Shown in pieces: positions 8,598 through 18,106 of a DNA stretch of 64,000 nucleotides. How positions within the stretch are numbered: position 1 is the first letter of the stretch; each line of letters opens with the position of its first letter. The notes beneath the pieces are model-generated. The model did not search any database. It saw only the letters and a list, made by a program, of their open reading frames with translations, and was not told the DNA's origin. Both the position numbers and the translations under genes were made by a program. Location of the stretch: the IMG/VR virus record IMGVR_UViG_3300026292_000003, positions 1 to 64,000 of that record; one strand, 5' to 3'.

Positions 8598-9903
8598 TTA
8601 CAATCTTTATTATATCTTGATTACGTCTTTCAGTATATTGTGTAAAGAACTTTTTAAAATCGTTTTCTTTGTTTTCTGTTGTATCAGTATCATCATAAGA
8701 CTTCTCAACTTTTCTTAAATAAGAAACAAGCCTTTGTAATTGATTTGCCTCGTCGGCTTTTAAAAACTCTTTGTTATTTGTAATCCAATCATCTATCTCA
8801 TCAGCCTTTGATTGTTTAATAATATTAGGTAATACATTTACACTTTGAAAACTAGGAAAACGTAAAAGGTTAACACTTAAATTAAAATAGTTTCTATTTT
8901 CAAATTGTTTTTTTAATTCTATTATGTCATCTAAGAACTTTGTAATACTAAACAAACAACCCCAACTGATTGTCATCATAATAGTAATTTGTGTAGCATT
9001 AGCTTTTTCTGCAAACTGTTTAAGATTAGTAAGCCACATATTATAATCAAGTCCAGCTCTAAGTAGTTCAGCATGGTCACCGTGTGCTTCACAGCTAGTG
9101 TATAAGTCAAACTCTTTAAACTTTTTACTGCAATCAATTAACTTATCAAGTCTTTTTTGATCCATAATAAGATTACTGTTAACTGCAAATTTAAACTTTT
9201 CGTTTTGACACTTCTCAACTAGTTCCCAAAATTGTGGACTACGTGTTGGCTCCCCACCTGTTACTCTAAGTTCTTGTAAATTATATCTTAAACTTTCATC
9301 AAACCATTCAAAGAATCTTCTTATATAAAAATTATCTTGAGGTCGTTTAGGTTCAAATGCGTATGCATGACTACCATCATTCTGATATGTCATACCACCA
9401 TCTGTTTTCATTTCTTTATACATTCCATTCTTTTTAATATCATTACTCCAAGTACTACTAAACTCTGCGTTACAATAACTACAAGCTAGGTTACATAGAT
9501 TATCAAAACTTATTTCTAATGTTTTAGGATCTACATCTTGATCCCACGGAATGTTTTTTATTTCTTCAATTTCTTTATCTGTATACAATGCACTCTTATA
9601 AGTTCTATCACTGTGAACTTCTTTGTCTGCATCTTCAACACGCCAACAATAATTACACTCAGCAGGTCTATTACCTTCTAGCATTTGTTTACGTATTTCT
9701 TTTTTAAAATTAGTATTGTGTAATGCGGCAGGGCTGTCGAATATTTCTTTACTAGGAATGTAATGTGCCTGTGGGTGATGGCAACTAGCAGTTCTGCCGT
9801 TGCTTAACCATACAGTACTGTTATACCACTTGGCCGCACAGAAGCTAGAACTAATCTTGTTATTTCTATCTCTAACGTGGTCTAAATACTTTTTGTCGGC
9901 CAT
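8554..9903 (-). CDS. radical SAM protein with N-terminal twitch domain
   Basis: FCAAKW..SCHHP..CNYCW, then CNLACSYC and TGGEP. Confidence 0.9.
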   Translation of the reverse strand: MADKKYLDHVRDRNNKISSSFCAAKWYNSTVWLSNGRTASCHHPQAHYIPSKEIFDSPAALHNTNFKKEIRKQMLEGNRPAECNYCWRVEDADKEVHSDRTYKSALYTDKEIEEIKNIPWDQDVDPKTLEISFDNLCNLACSYCNAEFSSTWSNDIKKNGMYKEMKTDGGMTYQNDGSHAYAFEPKRPQDNFYIRRFFEWFDESLRYNLQELRVTGGEPTRSPQFWELVEKCQNEKFKFAVNSNLIMDQKRLDKLIDCSKKFKEFDLYTSCEAHGDHAELLRAGLDYNMWLTNLKQFAEKANATQITIMMTISWGCLFSITKFLDDIIELKKQFENRNYFNLSVNLLRFPSFQSVNVLPNIIKQSKADEIDDWITNNKEFLKADEANQLQRLVSYLRKVEKSYDDTDTTENKENDFKKFFTQYTERRNQDIIKIVNDDNFTAWWESIDV

Positions 9904-11297
9904 TGAGTTCCTTTACATAGATTGTAGTAACCAATCAGTTCAGGAAACGTCTCACCAAAGTCTGTGTTTCTTCTTTTGTCATATTCAGTAATAAACTTAC
10001 CAAAATCAAATCTATTTTGCTCTACATTACCTACAGATGATTTGTACATAAATTGACAAAGTCTTTTTATTTGATCTATTTCATCGTCCCAAATAAATCC
10101 ACAATCTTTCATATGATAATTCTCCAACGCATATTTTGTCACTACATCTTCTAGATGCTCAAGCACTTTGTCTTTAGCATCTTTATTTAAATTACATATT
10201 GCCAACATATGAGGATAACGTAAATAGTTTGTCATCATAGGCAATCTATTTCCCTCCTCTATATGGTTGGTTATATACTTCTTACGCAATGATACAACAT
10301 CTTCAATAAATTTATGATATGTTGTAGCACTTAATATATTTACCGTAGTCATAAAGCTGAATATTAGAGGCATCTTTCCATATGTAGCATCTAGTATCTT
10401 TTTACAGTTACGATACCATCTATCATACTCTAATCCGTATCTAGCATACTCTGCCTGCTTACCTACACTTTCTCCGCTTGTAAATATTTGTATTTCTTTT
10501 AGCTTTGGTCCAGTCTTTAACATAAACTCTATAAGTCTGTCTATCATATGATCTGGTACACTTAAATTTGAATTAATACTTAACGTTAGTTCCTCGCTAG
10601 GGTCTTCACTAACTTTATCCATAACACTCCAACAATCTTTACTCATTAATGGTTCACCACCTGTAAGTCTGAGTGTATGTAAACTAGGATAAAGACTAGG
10701 CCACCACTTCCAAAATGCATCAACATATGGATTATGTTCTCTGTTTGGAATTATCTTTTTACCTTGTTCTTCTAATACTTCAAAGCTATTGTATTTTGTT
10801 GTAGTAGGATATGCACCGTGTTGTTTTATTTCGTCATACCACTTACTACTTAAATCTGGACTACAGTAAGCACACTTTAAATTACATACGTTACTAAAAC
10901 TTATTTCAAGGTAGGAAGGGTTAATATCATTTGTTCTTGCATTAAGAACATCAAACGTCCTAGGCTTACTCCAACTGACATTTGATTTATAAACACGATC
11001 ACTAAAATGTTCTTTGCCCATATCTTCAACACGCCAACAGTAGTCGCAACCAGATGGACGTTTACCGTCAAGCATCATTTGCATTTCTTTTTTCTTATGT
11101 TGTGTGTTGTGTAGGGCGGCTGGATTCTTTTCTATTTCGTGTATAGGAATCTTATGAACAGGTGGATGGTGGCAACTATGATTCATTCCTGTTTGCAAAT
11201 ATAGTGTATGTTGTAACCATTTTGCTAAACAAAAACTAGGGCTGATTCCATTTAAGTCATCACGTACCCTGTTAAGTTGATCTATAATTTTTGACAT
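9882..11297 (-). CDS. radical SAM protein with N-terminal twitch domain
   Basis: FCLAKW..SCHHP..CDYCW, then CNLKCAYC and TGGEP. Confidence 0.9.
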   Translation of the reverse strand: MSKIIDQLNRVRDDLNGISPSFCLAKWLQHTLYLQTGMNHSCHHPPVHKIPIHEIEKNPAALHNTQHKKKEMQMMLDGKRPSGCDYCWRVEDMGKEHFSDRVYKSNVSWSKPRTFDVLNARTNDINPSYLEISFSNVCNLKCAYCSPDLSSKWYDEIKQHGAYPTTTKYNSFEVLEEQGKKIIPNREHNPYVDAFWKWWPSLYPSLHTLRLTGGEPLMSKDCWSVMDKVSEDPSEELTLSINSNLSVPDHMIDRLIEFMLKTGPKLKEIQIFTSGESVGKQAEYARYGLEYDRWYRNCKKILDATYGKMPLIFSFMTTVNILSATTYHKFIEDVVSLRKKYITNHIEEGNRLPMMTNYLRYPHMLAICNLNKDAKDKVLEHLEDVVTKYALENYHMKDCGFIWDDEIDQIKRLCQFMYKSSVGNVEQNRFDFGKFITEYDKRRNTDFGETFPELIGYYNLCKGTQWPTKSI

Positions 11298-11307
11298 AAT
11301 AAAGCAT

Positions 11308-12294
11308 CTATTCTAAAGTATCCTCAACCTGATCTTCTCTTACCTGAGCTCCAAGTCTACTAGGATTAATATATACTTCTTTAAAGAAACGAGAACCTTC
11401 TTTACCTAAGTCTGCTATTTCTAAGCCAAGTTCTGATCTAATGTCATATCCTAGTTTATTACTTTCTTCTTGTAACTTTGCATAGTTCCATTTCATTCCA
11501 GTTCTTGGACATAGTTGATCTGAAGACTGTTCAAAATTTGGCAATACATTTTCTTTAAAATAATTTGATAACCAATCAAAGTCTCTAACGTTTTTCCAAT
11601 CCCAACTTTCTCTTTGAATGTTTGTCATATGACATCCAAGTCTAGCACCATAGATTGCCCACAGTCCATTCTCAACATCATCACCAACACTCATCCAAGT
11701 TAGTAAACGTTTATAGTTTTTATTGTGTACTTTAGCTTTTAGATATAACGGATCTATTACATCTCCATCTACTAATCCCATCTTAACACCTTCACGGAAA
11801 CCTGCTCTCCAGGCTTGAAGAGGACTAGCATTATTCATAACATCACAGTAAATATTATTCATTTGTACATAGTTAATATTCCAACAGAAATCAACCTGAG
11901 CTCGTTTATCTCCTGCTGGTGCATTTTCGTGTGTTTGCATTCCATATACAACTTCTTTTGGCCAACACTTAATACCACCATTACCATATACAAGACCGTT
12001 AACTATATTCTTACCAGCCCAACTAATAACGTCAGTATCTCTAATACGTTCCATATCTACTTCAATGCCAAAGAAATCTTCTTTAACAATGTTATCAGCA
12101 TCAATGCCAATAAATCTATCTGTCTCTGCCAAGTCTGCCGCGGCTTTGTGTGCGGCGTCACTTCCAAACACACCATGACTTCTTTTAGCCCATGGTGCTT
12201 TTTCAATTAAATTATTATAGTTCTCATCTGCGTTTGGTTCATCATAGCTAATAAAGACTATATCAAATTCATTGATACTAACCATTTTGCTCAT
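11308..12294 (-). CDS. GT-A fold glycosyltransferase-like protein
   Basis: DIVFISYDEP N-terminal strand, IDADN DxD motif, AWRAGFRE. Confidence 0.6.
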   Translation of the reverse strand: MSKMVSINEFDIVFISYDEPNADENYNNLIEKAPWAKRSHGVFGSDAAHKAAADLAETDRFIGIDADNIVKEDFFGIEVDMERIRDTDVISWAGKNIVNGLVYGNGGIKCWPKEVVYGMQTHENAPAGDKRAQVDFCWNINYVQMNNIYCDVMNNASPLQAWRAGFREGVKMGLVDGDVIDPLYLKAKVHNKNYKRLLTWMSVGDDVENGLWAIYGARLGCHMTNIQRESWDWKNVRDFDWLSNYFKENVLPNFEQSSDQLCPRTGMKWNYAKLQEESNKLGYDIRSELGLEIADLGKEGSRFFKEVYINPSRLGAQVREDQVEDTLE

Positions 12295-13297
12295 TTAATT
12301 CTTCTCCGTTTGTACTTACTGTTACGTAATTATTTCTAAAAACTATAAGTGGATCCTCTGGCCACTTAAAACTTAAATTAACTTTTGATTTCTTTTGTAG
12401 TAGATTTTCTACTGGTACTTGAAATGCACCAACTAAATTATCAATGCTATTGTCGCATACTACAAATTTCATTTGTTTCCTTCCATCAAAGTAATATAGT
12501 TCAGAGTCTTTAATATTGCTGTCTATATAAGCAGTATTATCTACTACGTTAATATTTATGTTAGATTTATCTTGTACATTTCGTTGCAGTATTCTTTTAG
12601 TTCCAAGGAAGTCCTGATTACGTATAAGACTAGCACTTAACGACCATCCATAGTTACTAAAGACTGTTTTTGCATATAAACTAATATTGTTCCAGTCAAC
12701 CTTCTCATTAATTGCAGTAGGAAGCTCAACAATTTGTTTTCCATTTTTAAATAAAGTTAATGGATCAACTTCAATACTGCTTATTAAATAGTCTGGATCG
12801 TTTTTCTTAGTAATATAGATATCTAATAATTTATTCTCAGATGATGCAATTTCCGTTATATCACTTAAATTTTTTAATCCTCTGATGTTACCTTTATTAG
12901 CTTCTATTACTATTTTTGCATCTTCATAAAACACTTTAGCAAATATTTCAGTAGCAGTAGGGTCAGCATCATATGTAAATGGGGTTAGCTTATTATGTTT
13001 TGCTTCAATGATTAATGTAGTGCTACGAAAATCAATATCCCATTTTTCATTTATCATATCCCATATCATACCATATCTTTTTAAACTGGCTTGACCTTTG
13101 ATAATTCTTTTGCAAACAGGATTCCAAGATTCTGCTTCCATGAAATTTTCTTTATCTTTTATTTCATTAGGAGTATTAGTAATCTTTTTTATTTTTCCAG
13201 AGGTCTTTTCAAAAACAATATAATATTTTCTTTTATTATAATGAGGATTAGTCCCCTCGTTTCGCTGTGCTTGTAAATGCTTGTCTGTGTCCATCAA
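12278..13297 (-). CDS. hypothetical protein
   Basis: 339-aa ORF within the operon. Confidence 0.75.
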   Translation of the reverse strand: MMDTDKHLQAQRNEGTNPHYNKRKYYIVFEKTSGKIKKITNTPNEIKDKENFMEAESWNPVCKRIIKGQASLKRYGMIWDMINEKWDIDFRSTTLIIEAKHNKLTPFTYDADPTATEIFAKVFYEDAKIVIEANKGNIRGLKNLSDITEIASSENKLLDIYITKKNDPDYLISSIEVDPLTLFKNGKQIVELPTAINEKVDWNNISLYAKTVFSNYGWSLSASLIRNQDFLGTKRILQRNVQDKSNININVVDNTAYIDSNIKDSELYYFDGRKQMKFVVCDNSIDNLVGAFQVPVENLLQKKSKVNLSFKWPEDPLIVFRNNYVTVSTNGEELNEQNG

Positions 13298-14111
13298 ATA
13301 TTTCTTTTGTTAAAAACTCTTGTTCTCCGTAATATAGATTAGTGTTTATAGCAAAGTTCTGAATTTTAACTTTAGCTCCACTACTAATCCAAGTATTCAA
13401 TCTATCTGTCCACTTTGGCCAGAATCCTATACAGCCATCACTTAACGTTGTAAGCATATTAACTGTTTTAAAAATATCGTTATGCAAGTTTTTATTTTCG
13501 TAGAGTACTACAGTATTAAGTATACTATGCATAATATCATTATTATAATATTTTGGTCTATGTTGTTCTTTAAAGTATTTTGCAAATACAGATCTCCAGT
13601 CTTGCATAAATGGGTCAGCAAGTTTATGATATGCTAATGCTAAATCAGTATCGTGTTTAAAGTAATACATATTTCCATATACAATATCCATATCGTAATC
13701 TTCTTTATATATCTGTAATTTTTTATTTTCTAATGCGTCACCTTTAAAATTATAAGACTCATTAAAGAAACATATATCATATTGATCAATTAAGAATTCC
13801 CATATACTATCATGATTTTCTTTTACTAAACTAGCAGGGTCAATTACTATATTATGCAAATAAGGTGTTGCCCAATATAACTGCCAATCATTACATCTAG
13901 TAGTTTCACTTGAACCAAATGGAAGTTCTATCATATGATCAAATGCATCGTGATAATGATGAGGTATTCTATCTTTATAGTTTGTAACAATAGCTACACT
14001 GGCATCTTTATTATGAGTTTTAATACTATAAGCCAATGCTGTTGCTTGTTCATATTCATAATCCTGCATAGCAGGAATTACATAACCTTGTCCTTGTTTA
14101 TGTTCCTGCAT
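13248..14111 (-). CDS. glycosyltransferase family 8-like protein, degenerate paralogue
   Basis: GYVIPA..Y..A.ALAYSIK..LYWATPY pattern parallels the adjacent GT; DxD altered (VIDPA). Confidence 0.55.
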   Translation of the reverse strand: MQEHKQGQGYVIPAMQDYEYEQATALAYSIKTHNKDASVAIVTNYKDRIPHHYHDAFDHMIELPFGSSETTRCNDWQLYWATPYLHNIVIDPASLVKENHDSIWEFLIDQYDICFFNESYNFKGDALENKKLQIYKEDYDMDIVYGNMYYFKHDTDLALAYHKLADPFMQDWRSVFAKYFKEQHRPKYYNNDIMHSILNTVVLYENKNLHNDIFKTVNMLTTLSDGCIGFWPKWTDRLNTWISSGAKVKIQNFAINTNLYYGEQEFLTKEIFDGHRQAFTSTAKRGD

Positions 14112-15009
14112 TAAGTGTCTCCAATACTTTATCTTTAATTCTACCTAGTGAACGTTTATTCATAACGTGTACATCTTGGTCTTGTGATTTTACTAAAATG
14201 TTTTTCCATTCTTCTTTTGGATCGTGTGCTATAAATATCCACTCGTTATCATTTGTCGCTTCGATGATATCATCTTTCTGACTCATATTAATTAGTGGTG
14301 TGTTGTCAAAGTTTCCAAACATATCTTCTTGCCCAATCATTCCTGTAAGTAAATGAACTGCTATACTTACACAATAGTCTGTTCTAAATAGTTTACTTGG
14401 AAAGTTATACAGATACTGATAAAACTCGTAGTTATCAGCAACGTGAGCCCACGTGTCAAAAAACATTTTACTAAAATCGCTACGGTCAAAGTACACTACA
14501 GTACTCCACCACATCTTAATACCTGCATCATATAACATTCGTTCTCGTTCAGCAGGAGGTTCGTTTCTTAGAGTTAATGCATTATCAAACATTATAACAC
14601 TCTCACCAGCGTCAAAGTATTTTAACAATACATCTGTTTTAACAATGTAATCAATATCTAGTAATAGTGTTTGTTCAAATGGACTGTATTCGTAAATTTT
14701 ATGTTTGTTACTGTTACTAAATTGTGCATTAAATTCTGTCCACGGACTATCATAGTGACGTCTGTGGTTTTCTTTCATCTCATCATTTGTCGTGATAATG
14801 TAATCAAAACATTTATTGATTAATTTTTCATCTTGACTTTGCTCAAGCCATTGCTCTGATCCTACATCAGTAACTAAGGCTACTGGAAGTTTAAGATTTT
14901 TCTTTACGTATAAGGCGGCAGTCATTGCCATACTAACATAATCTAATTGATCATTGTTGTAAGCAAAAAAGCATACACCTTGTTTGTCGGCGTATTCTTT
15001 CATTACCAA
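14098..15009 (-). CDS. glycosyltransferase family 8-like protein
   Basis: GVCFFAYNN..DY..A..A..VK; YSPFEQTLLLDIDY (DxD); HVMNK. Confidence 0.65.
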   Translation of the reverse strand: MVMKEYADKQGVCFFAYNNDQLDYVSMAMTAALYVKKNLKLPVALVTDVGSEQWLEQSQDEKLINKCFDYIITTNDEMKENHRRHYDSPWTEFNAQFSNSNKHKIYEYSPFEQTLLLDIDYIVKTDVLLKYFDAGESVIMFDNALTLRNEPPAERERMLYDAGIKMWWSTVVYFDRSDFSKMFFDTWAHVADNYEFYQYLYNFPSKLFRTDYCVSIAVHLLTGMIGQEDMFGNFDNTPLINMSQKDDIIEATNDNEWIFIAHDPKEEWKNILVKSQDQDVHVMNKRSLGRIKDKVLETLNAGT

Positions 15010-15350
15010 TCCATTATTTTCTTAATGTTCCTTGCCTTCTTTAGACGTTCGTTCTCAATATCAAATTCAGTAGTAGCACTAGTGTAAGCATCAACAAGTT
15101 TATCCATAAGTTCTTTTAAACTTTTTACAGTAACAGGATTTTGTCTACTATCAATTACTATAGCACTTTTCTTATCCATATCTAATAGTGTTTTTATAAA
15201 TGCAATCGTTTCGTGATTAGCAATAAACACACCACCAAGATAGTGTACTATCTGTAATTGTGCTACTCTATTTCGGATATTTCGTTTTTGGTTGTTTATA
15301 GTTAAGGCATAATTACTGAATTCTAATGCCTTTTCAAGTCTTTCATCCAT
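15003..15350 (-). CDS. hypothetical phage protein
   Basis: First gene after the dual promoter; AAGGAG upstream. Confidence 0.8.
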   Translation of the reverse strand: MDERLEKALEFSNYALTINNQKRNIRNRVAQLQIVHYLGGVFIANHETIAFIKTLLDMDKKSAIVIDSRQNPVTVKSLKELMDKLVDAYTSATTEFDIENERLKKARNIKKIMDW

Positions 15351-15391
15351 ATTAGAGTATACTCCTTTATCGTATATAATTATATACGTAC

Positions 15392-15420
15392 ATTATAAAG
15401 TATTTATCGATGTGTGTCAA
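15392..15420 (-). promoter_or_regulatory. consensus sigma70 promoter with a late promoter (GATAAATA) nested in its spacer
   Basis: TTGACA-cacatcgataaatactt-TATAAT. Confidence 0.85.
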
Positions 15421-15427
15421 TGGTTAA

Positions 15428-16540
15428 TTATGGAGTGGGTAATTGGTAGCCAGGCGTTACATCTACTGATTTCCATTCTTCTATTTGTGTAACACTTGGT
15501 GCAGTTCTAGCTAAAAATTGACGTAATGTTCCTAATGTCATAAATGAAGCATTACCATCAGTTGGTACTGGTGTTAATGCTGGAGTAGAATGTCCAGAAG
15601 TTAATGTAATAGGTTGCGTTATAGAAAATACATCGTCGTCATCTTCTACTAATATAACTTTAACAAAAACATTAAACTTACCAGCATCTTCTGTACCTCT
15701 TAATTGTAATCTTATTCTTCTACTATTATATTCACCAGCTACATAAACATATGCGTAAGCATATGCGTAGTCGCCTGTTGTATATCTAAAAACACCTGCA
15801 TCTAATATTGTATTCCACGCACCATCAAATGTTATTCCGTTATAAAAACCTTTTGGTGCTAATGTACTTGTTGACAATATATCTTTTGGATCAGCATCAT
15901 CTTGAACTACTCTACAACCTTCTGCTCCAATTCTTATACTATCAAATTGTTCAAATATTTGTCTCCAAGTATCGTTACCAGCTGATCCGCCTGGTTGCAT
16001 AGATAGTTCTAGTGTTAACTCTCCGCCACTATTAAAAAAATGTCTAGCTTCGTTGTAATCGTTAAATTGAAATCTATGAACACAATATAAGTCTTGGTCC
16101 CAAGCTGTAGTGTTTGTAGTTTCTAAAACATCTAGTGTAAGGTCTGACCATTCTGTTTTAAATTTATCAGTTTCAAATGTAGCAACTTTATCAACAAGTG
16201 AATTATATAATACAGGTGAAATTGGATCTGTATGATTGGCCGCTAACTTTGAAAGTAGTCTAGTAGGGTCATCGTTAATATGATATTGTCCAGCATTAAC
16301 TTGAACAATAGCTTGGTTCATATCATTAGCTTCAATAAGTTTACCTACTGTTACCGCAGGTGTTATTGTAACATTTGATTGTCCCCAACCATATCTTCTA
16401 TTATCATTTTTTGTGTTATGGTTATTGTCAAAGGTATAGGTTCCGCCAGTCCAGATCTCATTATAATATGTAACGAGATCGTTTAAGTGAGAAGCTGTTA
16501 TCTTCTCGCCTGTGTATACTGTAGCGGGCCTATTTAGCAT
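15428..16540 (-). CDS. putative tail fibre/virion structural protein
   Basis: G..ITA..LN, YGWGQ and ARHFFNSGG motifs typical of myovirus fibre proteins; position after the baseplate genes. Confidence 0.6.
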   Translation of the reverse strand: MLNRPATVYTGEKITASHLNDLVTYYNEIWTGGTYTFDNNHNTKNDNRRYGWGQSNVTITPAVTVGKLIEANDMNQAIVQVNAGQYHINDDPTRLLSKLAANHTDPISPVLYNSLVDKVATFETDKFKTEWSDLTLDVLETTNTTAWDQDLYCVHRFQFNDYNEARHFFNSGGELTLELSMQPGGSAGNDTWRQIFEQFDSIRIGAEGCRVVQDDADPKDILSTSTLAPKGFYNGITFDGAWNTILDAGVFRYTTGDYAYAYAYVYVAGEYNSRRIRLQLRGTEDAGKFNVFVKVILVEDDDDVFSITQPITLTSGHSTPALTPVPTDGNASFMTLGTLRQFLARTAPSVTQIEEWKSVDVTPGYQLPTP

Positions 16541-17455
16541 TTACTTTACCCCAACTATAACTTCAATAACGCCTTCACCTTCAGTAGTTTTCTTTTCTAA
16601 AGCTCTACCTAAAACGTGTGACCATCTAACATCATCGCCAGCTTCCATTGCGTGACCTTCTATATCACTTGATATAAGTCTGTCACCTTTATTAACTTTT
16701 CCAGTAACTTTACAAGGAACTCTTCCCATTAAAGCAACGCCTACAGTAAACATACCTTCGGGTGCTTCTAATGTTGAGTTCATTAGCAATGCTGGATTTG
16801 TAGTAACTACTCCAAGTACTTTAGGATCTTTTGTATGTTTGCTAGATGTAACTTCAAATTTGTTTTCATCTTCAGCATCCATCATTATTACAGTTCCTGG
16901 TTCAAATTGCTCATCAGCTGTATACATCTCTGCAACGTCTGCGTATTGTGCGTGTGTTGCAGTTCCGTGAAACTTCATAGCTGACGCTGTAACTGTATTT
17001 AAAGTGATACCAGTTTTGATTGTTGCTACACTACCTGTACCACCATCTAAAAAATATTGATGATAATCAGTTTCTGAAGTGTTAAGAATAAAGTCAGCAT
17101 CTGAACTTGCCATTGATACTGGTATTCCGTTTGCTCTTGCAACAAATACATTGTGGTCTACGTTAGTATTATCTTTAACAGTAATCATACTACTTCCAGC
17201 ATCAACACCTAACCATGTTGAGCCACTTCTTAAGTACATTACTTTTTCTGATGGTTTCCACCAAATCTGACCTTCAATTGGATTGGAAGGAGCAGTTTCA
17301 CTAGCAAAATTCTCTAATAAGCTAACTGAGTTTTGTGCAATAGCTTCACCGTATCCAATATAATCCTTACCAACTAAACGCAGGCTGGTTTCAGTGTTTA
17401 GTGTATCGTCTGCTACACTAATCGTTCCACCGTTTTTATTAATTGTATATGCCAT
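16541..17455 (-). CDS. tail fibre protein with C-terminal intramolecular chaperone (peptidase G2-like) domain
   Basis: TSLRLVGKDYIGYGE N-terminus; YADVAEMY..PGTV..VALMGRVPCKV..KGD..GRALE C-terminus. Confidence 0.75.
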   Translation of the reverse strand: MAYTINKNGGTISVADDTLNTETSLRLVGKDYIGYGEAIAQNSVSLLENFASETAPSNPIEGQIWWKPSEKVMYLRSGSTWLGVDAGSSMITVKDNTNVDHNVFVARANGIPVSMASSDADFILNTSETDYHQYFLDGGTGSVATIKTGITLNTVTASAMKFHGTATHAQYADVAEMYTADEQFEPGTVIMMDAEDENKFEVTSSKHTKDPKVLGVVTTNPALLMNSTLEAPEGMFTVGVALMGRVPCKVTGKVNKGDRLISSDIEGHAMEAGDDVRWSHVLGRALEKKTTEGEGVIEVIVGVK

Positions 17456-17457
17456 GT

Positions 17458-18063
17458 TTAAACTCCTGCTCTAATTCTTAGAGTGTATAGTACCTCTAAT
17501 TTTCTGTTATTACTTTTTTGGATAGGATGAAAAATTAAATGTGTCAAGAAGTCGCCGTTATCAGTAATTAGTGCTATCTCATCAAACACAAAACTATCAG
17601 CGTCATCAAAATCTGATGCGTTGTCTAATGCTGGACCACTTGCGTCCGGTTGGTTGTAATCTAATACAACTTTACATTCTAAGTCTGTGTATGGTTGATT
17701 CTTAGCATTGTTTACTGTAAATTCGGTTACAGATACTTGTAGTGGGTTTGAACTTGGGTTGGCTCCTATTGTCGCCGGGCTTGGTGAATATAATCCACCT
17801 GTTGATCCAGAAACTTTAGGGTCTTTGTATGTAACGTTGCCGTTAGCATCAATGGTAGTACCACCATAACCAAATGCCAGTTTTCCAATAAAATGATTAT
17901 TGCTATTAGTAGTCTGATTAGCCATAGAATTTGCTACAGCCAATGCAAAGTTCTCAAAGTTAATTGCATTGTACTTGTTTAGTAGCACTTCTTGGGAATC
18001 AGCGTCTCTAATTACAACGTGACCTTCAACTCCTAGATGTGATTTATCGTTTAATGTTTTCAT
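17458..18063 (-). CDS. virion/baseplate structural protein
   Basis: FVFDEIAL..LTHLIFHPIQKS motif; late promoter upstream at about 18083-18090. Confidence 0.6.
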   Translation of the reverse strand: MKTLNDKSHLGVEGHVVIRDADSQEVLLNKYNAINFENFALAVANSMANQTTNSNNHFIGKLAFGYGGTTIDANGNVTYKDPKVSGSTGGLYSPSPATIGANPSSNPLQVSVTEFTVNNAKNQPYTDLECKVVLDYNQPDASGPALDNASDFDDADSFVFDEIALITDNGDFLTHLIFHPIQKSNNRKLEVLYTLRIRAGV

Positions 18064-18106
18064 ATCCTATTCCTTATACACTATTTATGATATTCATAAA
18101 CTAGTA

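Noticed and set aside
15740-15775. YAYAYAYVYV low-complexity repeat in the fibre protein
   Set aside because: Short and in frame; no evidence of phase variation.
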